A DNA stretch of 63,609 bases, filler included, from Folioceros fuciformis (Eukaryota): the NCBI GenBank assembly GCA_049999805.1. It is 4 parts of 3 records of this genome, joined end to end, with 100 filler letters (N's around TTAATTAATTAA, not from the genome) between each part and the next. Parts side by side here need not be neighbours in the genome. Positions count along the whole stretch, not along the records: positions 1 to 31,894 come from JBNGIO010006380.1; 3 more parts are not named here. One strand, 5' to 3'. Numbering within the stretch: position 1 is the first letter of the stretch; each line of letters starts with the position of its first letter. Positions 1 to 11,456 of this stretch are shown here, one piece after another. The position numbers were made by a program, and so were the translations under genes. The notes beneath the pieces were generated by a model. It saw only the letters and a list, made by a program, of their open reading frames with translations, searched no databases and was not told where the DNA came from.

Positions 1-1011
1 AAAGATAGCACATGCATTTGTCACTTCATAATCAACAAATTCTTGTGAAAACATAGTAGGGGTCAATCGTATTATTTCAAGTCCCACATCCCTCATTTAA
101 CAAAGAAGCATTTCTATTTTTATGTAATCTCTATTGAACAAATCTTCATGTATTGCTTGGTTAACTTACTGTTACTCATCATCACTGCGAACATTCCATG
201 TTTCAAAACTAAGTTGATTGAAGTCTATATTCGATACACTACCACTTGCTCTCTCTTGCCATAACCCAGAGTGTTTCCAACAATTTCTAATGATTTTTCT
301 TTTTAACATCGATACACCAAGTTTTTTTATCACATTGTGATTGGATAAGTTAGATATTATTCATGCTATTTTAAACATTATATATATATATATATATTAT
401 AAAATTAAAATATTATTTATAAAATTGGACTATAGTGATAAAGAGTGCCTATTTTCATAAAACAAGTAACATATAATATTTATAGAGGTATAACATTTAG
501 CGATGTCACATTTAGAAAGGGTGGACTGTATGTCTCATAAAGTTTTGTCCTTCCCTTTAGGGACAAAGAGACTTATAGGAATAGTATATTTTTCTGGTAC
601 AATTATTTTTATTGTTGCAAACACATCTTTGATAGTCACATAAACTTTCTTCAAGTTTCATCACTCACCCCCACCATATGCCCGATACACAAGTGAATCC
701 ACCCACACAACGAGTCTAGCTGCTTTCAGTACCATACGAAGAGAGGATGTTTCCTTAGCACTTTCTATGTTATCTCCACACCCCTAGCTGTTTTCTCCAT
801 ACCTGTGAGCGCTTTCGGTTTCATGTGAAGAGTGCAAGAGGATGTCCTCTCCACGCTTTCTTGTCTATCTACACACCCTTGGCTGCTTTCACTACCACAT
901 GAAGAGCATAAGAGGATATCACCTCCTTACTTTCTTGTCTATCTCCACACCGCAAGGGTATTTCCCTTGATGGAACATTCTGATTGAAATGCCCTCGATG
1001 GAACTAATTGA

Positions 1012-1327
1012 CACCTAATGCACATTGCACTTGCCCAAGGAGAAATGAAATCCCCTTCCTTTATTCTTCAGCACATGAGGGCAAGTCTAAGGTATAAAGG
1101 GATTCACCCCAAACCACACCCAATGCACATTGCACTTGCCGAAGGGGGAATGAAATCCCCTTCCTTTATTCCACAACCCATGAGGGCAAGTCAAAGATAC
1201 AGAGGGATTCACCCCAAATCACACCCACTGCACATTGCACTCACCTAAGGAGAAATGGAATCCCCTTTATTTATTCCATAGCCCATGAGGGCAAGTCCAA
1301 GGAATAAAGGGATTCACCCAAAACCAC
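1012..1327. repeat. Tandem repeat, ~105-bp unit x3, in a repeat-rich, probably TE-derived region (~700-2800)
   Basis: Unit 'cacctaatgcacattgcacttgcc...gggattcaccccaaacca' recurs at ~1012, 1117 and 1222. Confidence 0.85.
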
Positions 1328-3286
1328 AGTCGCACTTAGGCCATTGGGGAGACCCCACACTACTATAAAAGGGCAAAGAAGGTGAATGCCCGTCAAAGGA
1401 TTTACCCCAAAGCACACCCACATTAATGTCATTAGGTGAAGAGTGAAGAAGGTGAATGCTCATTCACGCTCTTGGAGTGGCCTTTTGCTCTGTCCACGGC
1501 TCTAGGTAAGTTTCCAAGGGCTTCATCCTGCTTCTACACTCCCTACACAACATTGTTAAGGCTAGGTGCAACTAGTACGTAATAGGGAGGTGTAGTCCAT
1601 ACCCTCCAAGCCCTTCATATATGCATTATCATAGACTGTGTGCAGTGCCTACACAAACTACACAAAGGGGTTTGAGTAATCATTCTTAGGACCTGCAATC
1701 AACACAACATAAAAAAGGTGTTGCAATATGCAAGCATGAGTTTACAATACCGTGCAAGGGCAAAAACGAATCCGCAATGTGCATAGGCATTTGCAACTTC
1801 AACCTACAAGACATAAAAGCACAAAGTGAATGCCCAAACTATGAGCACAATCTACAAAATACAATCTTCACCATAAGCCTGCAACCATAATCACCACCCA
1901 CAATTCTCAACCATAAGGTCCGAGCATCTTATAAGTACACTTAGCAACCACAAACTGCAACTAAAGTATAATTTGCAAGTACACTTTACGATTACTCTCT
2001 ACAAGGCCATGTGTAGATCCAATCTATGATCACAATCAATCTGTAACTAAAATTTGAGCCACAATCAATTTGCAACTAAAATTTGAGACTACAATCTAAA
2101 GCCACATTCAACAAGTACAATTTGGAAGCATAATCTACAATCACAATTCTCAACCATATGCTACAACTACATTCTACAACCATAACCAACAACTATACCT
2201 TGAAAACACAATATACAATTACAGTTACAAGGACATGTGCAGATTCCTTCTATCAATTTGCAGTTGCTTGTACTCACCACATAAGGGGTTTAGATAATCA
2301 TTCTTAGCATCTGCAATAAAGCACCACAAAGTGCATGCCCAACTTGTTACCACAGTTTGCACCTATAGGCTGTAGATACAATCACCATGCACAATCTACA
2401 CCCATAATTCTCAACCACAAGCTGCAATTGCATCCTACAACTTCAAACAACAACCACAATCTGAAAATATAGTTTGTGACTACACTTAGTGCATGCCATG
2501 TGTAGCTTCAATCTGCAACCATAATCAACTTGCAATGTACTTTCAATTTGCAACCACAATCAACTTGCAATTGAAATTGGCAAGTATAATATGCAACTAC
2601 TTTTTGCGATTACTTTCTGCCAGTACAATCTAGTATTACAATTTGCAACAACGATTTGCAAGGCCATGTGCAACAACAATCTCCAACTCCAAAGTGGAGG
2701 ACAATATGCAAGGCACCAAGGTGGAAGGTAATATGCAAGGCACAAGGAAAACCAAGCAAATCTTTTATGAATGTGTTTGTTCATAAACTGTAAAGTTCAC
2801 AAATTGTCACACAAACCCTATAAAAAAATTGTCTATGCATCAGTTCACAATTGTCATACAATTTTTTTTTTTGTGTGTAACTATGGAGGTGGGCCTACTG
2901 ATGTGGCAATGTCCTCGTTGGGAAAATATGGGAGTTTCTCAAGTATATTCACATAGAAACTATAAAAAAAGTTAGTTGTGTCATATGGCTATTCCATAGC
3001 CTAGATCATACTACATAGAATTTTCAACGTGGTTAGCCTTCGTATTCTAGATTATTTTTAAATTAAGATTAAACATTTAATATGAATCATATTAAAATAA
3101 TTATATGATTTCATAGAAAATTATGCTCACAAATTTAGTCACGGGTATGGTATCATGTTGTCCAGCATTCTATACCATAGCCATTTGATATCCCCTAGAA
3201 AGATGTAGGAGCGAGCTAATCCTAGAAACTCTTCTAAACCCTAAACAACCTTAACCTTCCCTATAAAATGGGGTGAGGCAGAACCA

Positions 3287-3835
3287 TGCAGTTAGAAGCC
3301 AAAGCAGGGGTCAGGTTTAAACACCGGACACAGCACTAGGCCTCCAAGTAGCCCGCCCTCCTCTTCTAGGAGGACTCGCAGCCAGCACCCTTGCTGCTGC
3401 TCTTTATTCGAATCACGAGTCAACAAGAACATACAGAGCTGGAGGGCTAGAGAGAACTCCCCATCTTTGCCTAAGCTAGGAGTTTAGCTCTCCCTTCTCT
3501 TCGCCACCTCCCACAGCTCCTTCACAGCACCTTTCATGTGCTCTCACAGCCCAAGCAACACATGCTCTCAAGGCATAGCCCAAGCACCCAGTGCTCTCAA
3601 GGCTTTGAGGAGATACTCCTCTCAACTCCACTGTACTGAACTTCCTCAAGTCACTAACTTAGCAATTACTTACTTAAGCACTTACTTAAGCCTTAAGCTA
3701 TTATTCACTACCACACACTTTTTCCTAGTTTTCCTAAGGCTGCATGCTTCTCATGCTCTCTAAGTAATGCAGCTTCTCATGCTCTCTTAGTAATGCAGCT
3801 TCTCATGCTCTCTTGGTAACCTACTCTGCTAAACA
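3287..3835. repeat. Dispersed repeat, copy 1 (same family as 41105-42660)
   Basis: Near-identical blocks in both places ('gcagttagaagccaaagca', 'aacaagaacatacagagctggagggctagagagaactcccc', 'cttacttaagcacttacttaagccttaagc', 'gcttctcatgctct'). Confidence 0.9.
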
Positions 3836-4692
3836 TATTGCTTGGCACTCAAACCAACGTTGTTACTACGATTCCCTTTAATATACCATAGTAAATTATA
3901 CATATATTAAATTTCATAAATATATTAAAGACAAAAATTATTGTGTGTCAGGGACAGCTCTCCCCTTCTTCCACAGGGGCCTACACGAACAACTGTATTT
4001 CATGGCGGAGAAGACCGCCGTGTTGACGACAGCAACATTTTTCATCTCCCGTACCACCTCGGCTACAACACTTGGTGCCAAGAGCAGAGTCTTCCTCCAC
4101 CGACTGCGCCGTCATCAGAAATTCCGATGAGTGCGGCCGGACGGCTTTCTCGACTCCAAGAATCGGCGTCCCGGGTGCACCTGGAAGTGTCCGGGAGCAA
4201 ACTTGACATTCCATACACAGCCGTCACAGCCTTGGCCAACATCTTTCCCGCGCTAGATTTTCTAGTGGTGCGAGCTGATGGCAAGATACAATCGACAGGA
4301 ACTGCGGTCCAGTTGATGCTCAAGCCAGTAGAAGTGCAGATCCGGTGCCCAGGCTTCCGAAGAACATGCACAAATCTGATGAGCTGACCGCAACCTGCCT
4401 GCCGCCCCAGAGTGACACGATCCAACCCGGCCGGCTACTGCGTTGAAGCTCTTGGCTGTTTCAGAAACAAAGACCAAGAAGCCGAAGCCTGGTGTGGAGT
4501 ACATCTGCCAAACTCATCCAAAAATGAGGAAACCAGGGACGGCAACGCAACAGTGCACCTGCACGGTGCAGGAGAGCTGATGGTCAGGTCAGTTGGTTGG
4601 ACGGCCTAGAACATGTAGGAAAGGAATTTGGAAATGAATTCCTCCTAACACAATGGTCCAAGCAGAACTCACCAGAATTAACATGATCATGG

Positions 4693-7600
4693 TCACCTGC
4701 CTCCTCCTGAAAAATACTGCTTGTCAAAATTGTGCAACTTCTGCGGACACTCCCTTTTAATTCTCTCGCGTTCGCATTTCCGCAGAGACACGTCCACCCT
4801 GCTTCCATCCAGTCGGACGAGGAACAGGCAAGGAGACTTGTGCTGCGGATGAAATCCAAACTCCACAAACTTCACCCCAGGGCCAATCTTCTCCGTCTCA
4901 TTGGGGTGGAATTTCAGCACATCGGACAAAAGATAGGCTTGATCATATCCTGTCAGCTTCTCTCCTTCCCGATACCCGCCGTGCAGAACTCTCGTGATCC
5001 ACTTGTTTGTATCTCCCAGACTCTCTCCCTCAGCCATTGCGCCCCCATAATTCCTGTCAGCATTCAAGCGACGTGGCAGCTTGGGACGCCTGTTTTCTGG
5101 TGGTGGTGAGCGGCGACTAGGTAGTCCAGCCATGGAATATGGCCTCATTGCCCTCCTGCCCGGAGATGCCCATCTAGGTTGAAGAGGGTGGAAGTGGTCA
5201 GCTGAGAGAGAAGATGGTGGGATCAACTGGCTGGGCTGAACTTGGGCATCGGACGGCAGATTAGGCTCACCCTTAGTAATAGGTCTTGCCAGTTGGCTAC
5301 CAGCAGACAATGGTTTCGGTAGTCTGGGATCAACTTGGGTACCTGGTCTTCCAGCTGGGCCAGCAGACAATGGGCTCGGCAGGCTCGGCTCAACTTGCGT
5401 GGTGTGTCTTCTAGTGTAAGTTGAATGCAAGCAGTCAGCTTGGCGAGAAGTCAATCGTTTCAGCAAGTTGGGCTCGGCTTGGGCAGCTGCCTGCAATACA
5501 ACTGGGTTTGAAGACGGCGGTTTCATCAGAGTATCACTACGGACGTCAGGTGAGTGGAGGGGAAACTCTGACCTAGAAGAGGATACTATATTTACAGGAG
5601 GGATCACAGGGTTAGAAGCAGGTAGAATGGGGGCGGGGGATGGCTTGGATGAGGTTGGACAAACACCTGGTCTGAGAGGATACGGGGTGGATACCGCTTC
5701 ATCCTGCATATCCGACACCCACATTTCTGTACCATTATCCGACGGCGCACTCAGGTACTGACTGGAAGGAGTGCTTGGAATTTGTTCGGCCCCAGACATG
5801 TCTGCAAAGAAAGACAGGAACTCGTGCACATCCATGTTGAACTCTGCTTTGTCAGCCTGGTGATCTTTCCAGATGATCTCCATGTCGGCACCAGTTCCAA
5901 GTTGAACCTCTTTTCCCCAGACAGCCGACGTTACCACACTGGACAGGTTCTCGGTATCACCTCTTACTGAGGCCTGAGCAAACTTTCTCAAAGGTTCCTG
6001 GTCAGTAGCCTGAGTGAAGGGTGCGGTCAGCTTGTAGTACATTAGAAAATCTTGGTACCCTGGCGAGTTCATTCCCAAAACGTTGCCTGTGTGCACCATG
6101 GTGTCCGCTATAAGTTTGAGAAGCTTCCTGTCCATCACACTGTTCATGGTACTGGTGGCCAGGGTGAGACGCTGCAAGATGCAGCTCCTAGCAGCACTCA
6201 CGCCCAGATTATGGCGAATTTCTTGGATGCTGCCAGGCATACTACGCTTCCAGTCTATCAAGTCTGCCACCATCATGCATGCGTCTGTCACGATCTGCCA
6301 GGGCTGACCCCTGGCAGTCCTCTTCTTCAACTTTCCCACCTTATAGTGAGATTTAACGACCACATCGAGCACTAACCCGCCACCAAAATCAACATCTTTC
6401 TCATCATCAGTAATGCTATCATCGGGCACCTGTGTTCTACATATATAGTCTTCGCATCTGATCTTGACTGATTCTATCCGCTCATCTCCTCTCACGACAG
6501 TCTCCATAACTGCTGGAAAGACCTTATCCCTGAGTATTTCCAAGTTCTCTTGTGCCTTCTCATCCGATGTATCATCCATCAGATGGTGGAATACGTGCAA
6601 ACACGGCTCTGTGGTGCTGAGGGGATGTGGATTACTAAGGGTGATGGCAGAAGTACAAGGATGACATGGAACCACTTCCACTTTGGAAAACTGAATTGCC
6701 TTCGGAATGGTGTCCAGACGCCTCCTGACCCGTTGTGCAATCATCTCCAGGTTCAGATCACACCTCTCCATGTCTTCCCCACTTAGTTGCATATGTCCAA
6801 GATATGGCGATGTTCGATGGGGTGTGGGACCCGTGTGCACATCATCTGTTGGAGTTAGATCCAGATCCTCTTCTACTGGACACGCCTCTACTGGACGATA
6901 CTCTATGACACATCTCCTCAAGAGCGATGTCAAGTGCATGATTTTCAGAAACTCCTGAATTTGCAAGGCTGCCGAATGACTTTTCACAACAGTTCGCACT
7001 TTTTTAGCCAGCCTCAATGTCACCAGACGATCAACTTCCTTGAGTGGAGCTGTGGCCCTTGTGAAGAAGGTCTCCCTCAACAGCCCAAGAGGATCCATCT
7101 TGCCTGCCGCTTGGGATGAACCCAGCACGAAGTTATAAGCTGGTTCAGCCAGAGACGTCGCTGCCAAGGCCCCGACAGCTTCTCCTGCCATAGCAGGATT
7201 GTCAAGGGATTTCTCAGGCCCTTCGGTGCTGGCCCCCTGGGCCAAATCCTCTGGTGCTCTGCCAAATCTGAGCTGAATAACCTGCTGTGCTAAACGATGC
7301 CTGACACTTCCATCATAAGCTAAGTACATGTCCCGCATAAAAAGCATTAAAGACTTGAAAATTTTGTTCGGGAGCTCAAGTCCATAGCTAGGGGCAGAGC
7401 TCCTTGAGCACATTGCTTGTACAAAGAACTCCTTGGGTCTCAACCCATCCACCAGTGCTCTTCGGATCAAGCCTGAAGCCTCCCAATGACCGGGCAGGTC
7501 CTCAACACCGAATCTCAGGCTTTGCCCCTCTGTAGTAAAAGGCGCCCCTAACCTGTAGGGAAGCACTTCATTTCCTTTGTGGAGGTGGAGGCCGAGACAC

Positions 7601-10302
7601 CCAGCTTGTTGTAGGAGCTTTCCCATGCTGCCCTTGCTGCCTGCTCTCACCATTGCCAAGAGGGAGTTGTCGGGTCGTATGTAACGCATTATCACATACT
7701 CGATTCTTCTGGAAAAGAGGCTCTGGAACTTGGCCACTCCCAAACTCTGCAAGGCTTTCACCTTGTCAGCGCTCCTTTTGGTGAAGGTGGCGTCGTCGGA
7801 TTTCACGTTCAAGTTCCGTGTTGATCTTGGAACAAATGGATCCGACATCAGTTGCTCACGTGAAGCATTAGTGATGGCCATGTCCAGCTGATCTCCTATC
7901 TCCTTAAGCATCGTCTTCCGGGTGCTGTCTAGAGCCACCATGAAGTCACTCAGGCCCACACTGAAACCCCTCTGCGACAGCCACCAATTGGACATGGCCT
8001 GGATGGCATTCAGATGGCTCAACGTCACTGGTGGACCAGCTTCATTATAGATGGCCTTGACCACTCCGGTGGCGGACTTGTTGAGCCAAGGGGAGCCACC
8101 ATCGGAGTCCAAAATCTCCCCGTGGAGAATATAGACTCCCCCACCCTGGTACTTCAAGGTGGGGGGCAGAGTCATGCTAAACACTTGCTTGCCCGTCCAC
8201 CTGGATCCCTGAGGTGACTTGACGATGGCTGGTATGGGGACCTTGGAGGATCCCAGCATCGCAAACGTGCCCACATAATCTCTGGTCAGGAAAACGTCTC
8301 CCTGGACCAGCAGATGTGCACCGAGCAAGGTGTCCTGAGTGAGGGACACAATGGGCTGCCCACACTGCGGGTTGATGAGCTGCTGTTCCACAGTCATGAG
8401 CTCATGGCACTCCACTGTGGAAGGGAGAGACTGCGGAACAAACACAGAGAAACAATCACCATCAAAATCTGCTCCGAAAGGGGTACAGATGAGGGGATTC
8501 AACCCGATAGCAGTGCTGGAGTGCAGCACCGCACGAAGTGCAATGAGGGAATGCTTGTGAGCCGAAGGCGGCCGATTTGCCACCACAAGATCACCATCCT
8601 GGAGGTGACGGTGCACCAGATCCCCAACCTCCACCTCAAACCGTCCCTCGTATTGACTGAGCGTATACTTGACATCATTCCTGACCACCCAGGTAGCCCC
8701 AGTTTCATGCATACCCCTCACCGACCCGTTGTGCACATAACCCTGCAACCTCTGCTGATTAAACAGCGTGACCACCTCGGGAACCGTGACAGTACTCGCG
8801 ATGGTGAAGGGAATCCCAATCTCCTGAATGAGAAGAGAAGGATCCCCGGTAACCGCTCCCCGAAAGCAGAAGTCGGAGAATTTCCCAAAAACAACGTTCT
8901 TCATCCACAATTTGCCGGACGCCGCACGCCCCTTCTGCAAGGTGCCGTCGGGCTTCTTCTCGGGCTCCTCCTTCATCTTGGAAGCTCTGAGGTAGCGGAC
9001 GTAGGCCAGCTGCAGGCGGGTGTAGTCATTGAGGCTGCGGAAGAAGGTGCGGCCGGCCGAGTTTTCACGGATGTCTCTCACCTCCTTCAACAGCTGCGTG
9101 AGCTTCTTGGTGGCTGGGTCATTCTCGAGCGGAGCAATCATGGTGCTGCCGAAGCGCTCCACCACCCGGGTGCAATTGGGCGGCACGGGCACGCAGGACA
9201 GAATCAAAGAGGCAGGATCAGCCACCCCAGTGGCCTTCCGCACCTCCTTCATCACGTCCTCCGGCAGCGCCTTGAGCAGCTTGTGGGCCTCCCTGGGCAG
9301 CAAGTACCTGCTCGTCAGCGGATCATCGTCGGTGGTCTTGTTGATAGGCCCCCCCAGGAAGTCCCAGTAATCCGGGGCCAGCTCGGGTGGCAGACAACCG
9401 TCCTCGTCCTTGGTGCGGCCGGCCACCATCTGGATCAGGTCCACTGGCGTGCCCCGGCAATCTCTGGGCGACAGCTTGAAGTTGAGCTCGGGGTAGAGAG
9501 CGTTCCCGCGCGAGGAGCAGAATTTGCACGCCTCCTCTTCCTGCTCCACTGCTGTTCCTCGCCTTCCACCAGCCAAGTCATCATCTTGTTGTTCGTCCTG
9601 GGACTCGCCATCCTCGTCCTCACCGGGCTCCAAATCCTCCGCGTCCGTCTCCACCTCCACCCCCACTTCCAGCCCCTCCTCCTCCTGCTGCTGGTAGAGC
9701 CGGGAGCGGCGCCTCCTCTTGGCAGGTCCGGCGGGGGCCAAAGCCCGCCTCTTCTTCCGAACGCCGCTCTTGAAGCCCCCTCCTCCGCGGATGGGCCTGC
9801 CCCCGCACTTGGGCAATTCGAGCGGGGACGGGGACCGTAACTGGGAGCCGGAGTCGGAGCCTGCGTGGGATTGCTCCTGCAGCTCCGGCAGCCAGGCGTC
9901 GAATTCCGGGGCCTCGAGCTGCAGCTTCTTCTTCCGTCTCAGCCTGGAGCGGTTGCAGCGGAAGCAGACTGCGCGGAGCACCCTGATGAGGGCGGCGACG
10001 AAGAGCGGGTGGTAAATCTTCTCCGGGAGCGATATATGGCCGAAGTGACCCTCGCAGTCCCTGGTGCTGTCGGCGCGGCAGGTGAGGCAGTGGCGCTCCC
10101 CGGAGCCGCACGGCAAACCCAGCCGCGGGTCGTGCAGGTCCTTGGCCCGCTCCAGGTGCCGGGACTCGCTGTCGAAGACGGAGAAATCCTGCAGCTCCTG
10201 CGACGGCATCACCTGGAAGCGGATGGCCCTGAGGCGCTCCCGCTGGGGAGCCCCAAGGGCCGGGTCGTCCACCTGCTCCCCCTTCTCCTCCCGAGGCCTC
10301 AT
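4693..10302 (-). CDS. NRPD1: RNA polymerase IV largest subunit (NRPD1-like), single-exon CDS, ~1869 aa, with C-terminal DeCL/DUF3223 domain
   Basis: Clamp Zn motif CLTC...CEGHFGHI; NRPP motif; Metal A site CTPFGADFDGDC; Pol IV/V-type GEAVGALAATSLAEPAY; NRPD1-type LMLFMRDMYLAYDGSVR; CKFC...YPELNFK clamp-head motif; DeCL (LKFHP..EKIG.G...CLFLVRLDGS.VDVSLRKC); no GW/WG-rich CTD. The ORF-track start at 10485 is TTG; the first in-frame ATG is at 10302. Confidence 0.9.
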   Translation of the reverse strand: MRPREEKGEQVDDPALGAPQRERLRAIRFQVMPSQELQDFSVFDSESRHLERAKDLHDPRLGLPCGSGERHCLTCRADSTRDCEGHFGHISLPEKIYHPLFVAALIRVLRAVCFRCNRSRLRRKKKLQLEAPEFDAWLPELQEQSHAGSDSGSQLRSPSPLELPKCGGRPIRGGGGFKSGVRKKRRALAPAGPAKRRRRSRLYQQQEEEGLEVGVEVETDAEDLEPGEDEDGESQDEQQDDDLAGGRRGTAVEQEEEACKFCSSRGNALYPELNFKLSPRDCRGTPVDLIQMVAGRTKDEDGCLPPELAPDYWDFLGGPINKTTDDDPLTSRYLLPREAHKLLKALPEDVMKEVRKATGVADPASLILSCVPVPPNCTRVVERFGSTMIAPLENDPATKKLTQLLKEVRDIRENSAGRTFFRSLNDYTRLQLAYVRYLRASKMKEEPEKKPDGTLQKGRAASGKLWMKNVVFGKFSDFCFRGAVTGDPSLLIQEIGIPFTIASTVTVPEVVTLFNQQRLQGYVHNGSVRGMHETGATWVVRNDVKYTLSQYEGRFEVEVGDLVHRHLQDGDLVVANRPPSAHKHSLIALRAVLHSSTAIGLNPLICTPFGADFDGDCFSVFVPQSLPSTVECHELMTVEQQLINPQCGQPIVSLTQDTLLGAHLLVQGDVFLTRDYVGTFAMLGSSKVPIPAIVKSPQGSRWTGKQVFSMTLPPTLKYQGGGVYILHGEILDSDGGSPWLNKSATGVVKAIYNEAGPPVTLSHLNAIQAMSNWWLSQRGFSVGLSDFMVALDSTRKTMLKEIGDQLDMAITNASREQLMSDPFVPRSTRNLNVKSDDATFTKRSADKVKALQSLGVAKFQSLFSRRIEYVIMRYIRPDNSLLAMVRAGSKGSMGKLLQQAGCLGLHLHKGNEVLPYRLGAPFTTEGQSLRFGVEDLPGHWEASGLIRRALVDGLRPKEFFVQAMCSRSSAPSYGLELPNKIFKSLMLFMRDMYLAYDGSVRHRLAQQVIQLRFGRAPEDLAQGASTEGPEKSLDNPAMAGEAVGALAATSLAEPAYNFVLGSSQAAGKMDPLGLLRETFFTRATAPLKEVDRLVTLRLAKKVRTVVKSHSAALQIQEFLKIMHLTSLLRRCVIEYRPVEACPVEEDLDLTPTDDVHTGPTPHRTSPYLGHMQLSGEDMERCDLNLEMIAQRVRRRLDTIPKAIQFSKVEVVPCHPCTSAITLSNPHPLSTTEPCLHVFHHLMDDTSDEKAQENLEILRDKVFPAVMETVVRGDERIESVKIRCEDYICRTQVPDDSITDDEKDVDFGGGLVLDVVVKSHYKVGKLKKRTARGQPWQIVTDACMMVADLIDWKRSMPGSIQEIRHNLGVSAARSCILQRLTLATSTMNSVMDRKLLKLIADTMVHTGNVLGMNSPGYQDFLMYYKLTAPFTQATDQEPLRKFAQASVRGDTENLSSVVTSAVWGKEVQLGTGADMEIIWKDHQADKAEFNMDVHEFLSFFADMSGAEQIPSTPSSQYLSAPSDNGTEMWVSDMQDEAVSTPYPLRPGVCPTSSKPSPAPILPASNPVIPPVNIVSSSRSEFPLHSPDVRSDTLMKPPSSNPVVLQAAAQAEPNLLKRLTSRQADCLHSTYTRRHTTQVEPSLPSPLSAGPAGRPGTQVDPRLPKPLSAGSQLARPITKGEPNLPSDAQVQPSQLIPPSSLSADHFHPLQPRWASPGRRAMRPYSMAGLPSRRSPPPENRRPKLPRRLNADRNYGGAMAEGESLGDTNKWITRVLHGGYREGEKLTGYDQAYLLSDVLKFHPNETEKIGPGVKFVEFGFHPQHKSPCLFLVRLDGSRVDVSLRKCERERIKRECPQKLHNFDKQYFSGGGR

Positions 10303-11456
10303 CCCTCTGCAGGCCAGGCCAGGCCCGGCCTGGCCTTGGATTTGAATTGCCCACCAGCAGGAGCACCCGGCAAAGGCAGAGGCTCTCAGGCAGGCTTGTT
10401 TCGAACAAGCCCAAAATCGCCTCCTCCTCCCGCTTGGGCTTGGGCTTGGGCTTCCGCTGCCGCTGCCGCGCGGTGCGCAGCCCAATTGAAGGAGGTGGCC
10501 ATGAGCTGCATTCGCTCAAGCAGCAGCCGCCAGCCAGCCTCCTCAGGAGCTCAGGGTCCTGGGAGCCTCCTCATCAGAAGCCGGCCTGGACCTCGACGGA
10601 AGGGATGGATGGAGGGAGGGAGGAAAGCGCGACTGGAGAAAGCCACATTCGCATTCCGGTTACGGCGCGCTGCTCACCAGCCTGCATGCGTCTACTGCCC
10701 GAAACCAAAACTGGAACAAAAACCGAAACCGCGAAACGGGGTGTTCCGCCCTTGGCCTCCTCCTCGTCCTTTTGCCACTTTCTTTCCCTCCACCTCACAG
10801 CCAAAATAAAGAAGGAGAGCATAACCGATACCCCAAACATATCCAGGTTGCGGGCCGGGATCCACGCCGACCGACACACCGGCCTCAGTCAGGCTGCACG
10901 GAACCGGCACGCCTGACGTGCCCATCTCCACTGCCCATCTGCATTCAAAAAGCACCAACCAGTCGTGCGGGTCCTTTCCCGCACGCATAACCCTTTCATG
11001 CATGAAAAGCACAGTAACAACGAGAATTTAAATTAAAAAATAATCCCAAAACTGGGTGGACTCATATTTTCCGACGCCAGCAGGGTCCATATCGGACTAG
11101 GGCTTGAGCCGACGACCAAGCCAGCTTCAATGCCTGCCTTACTTACACTCACTGGGTTATTTAACCCACACATCAGTCAGTTAAGCTTCAAAATGCATAC
11201 ATATCTTCTCAGCTGAGGTCACTTGCGTCTCAGCGGAAGGTGAAGCACTGACAATTATCTATTACCACTACGTAACTGCTACTGCTATGAACTTGATTGA
11301 CAAGCCTGCTGTGAAATGTGCGGCAAACCTACCCTCTCCAGTCATCCATTAGAGCCAGGGAATGCGATTGCCACACCTTCATGATTCTCCCCCCATCATC
11401 GTGCAGACGCCTCCGTAGCCTAGGCGCCTATCATGACACGCCCTCGTCAGTTGCCT

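Noticed and set aside
3941..4387. 148-aa ORF faintly resembling an LEA_2 C-terminus
   Set aside because: No ATG start or convincing motif; cannot be supported without a search.
8314..9840. 508-aa plus-strand ORF and other long ORFs at 9600-10900
   Set aside because: Antisense or alternate-frame shadows of the GC-rich 5' half of NRPD1; no recognisable domains.
10303..10485. 61-aa N-terminal extension of NRPD1 in the ORF track
   Set aside because: Starts at TTG, is low-complexity and looks like 5' UTR or intron.
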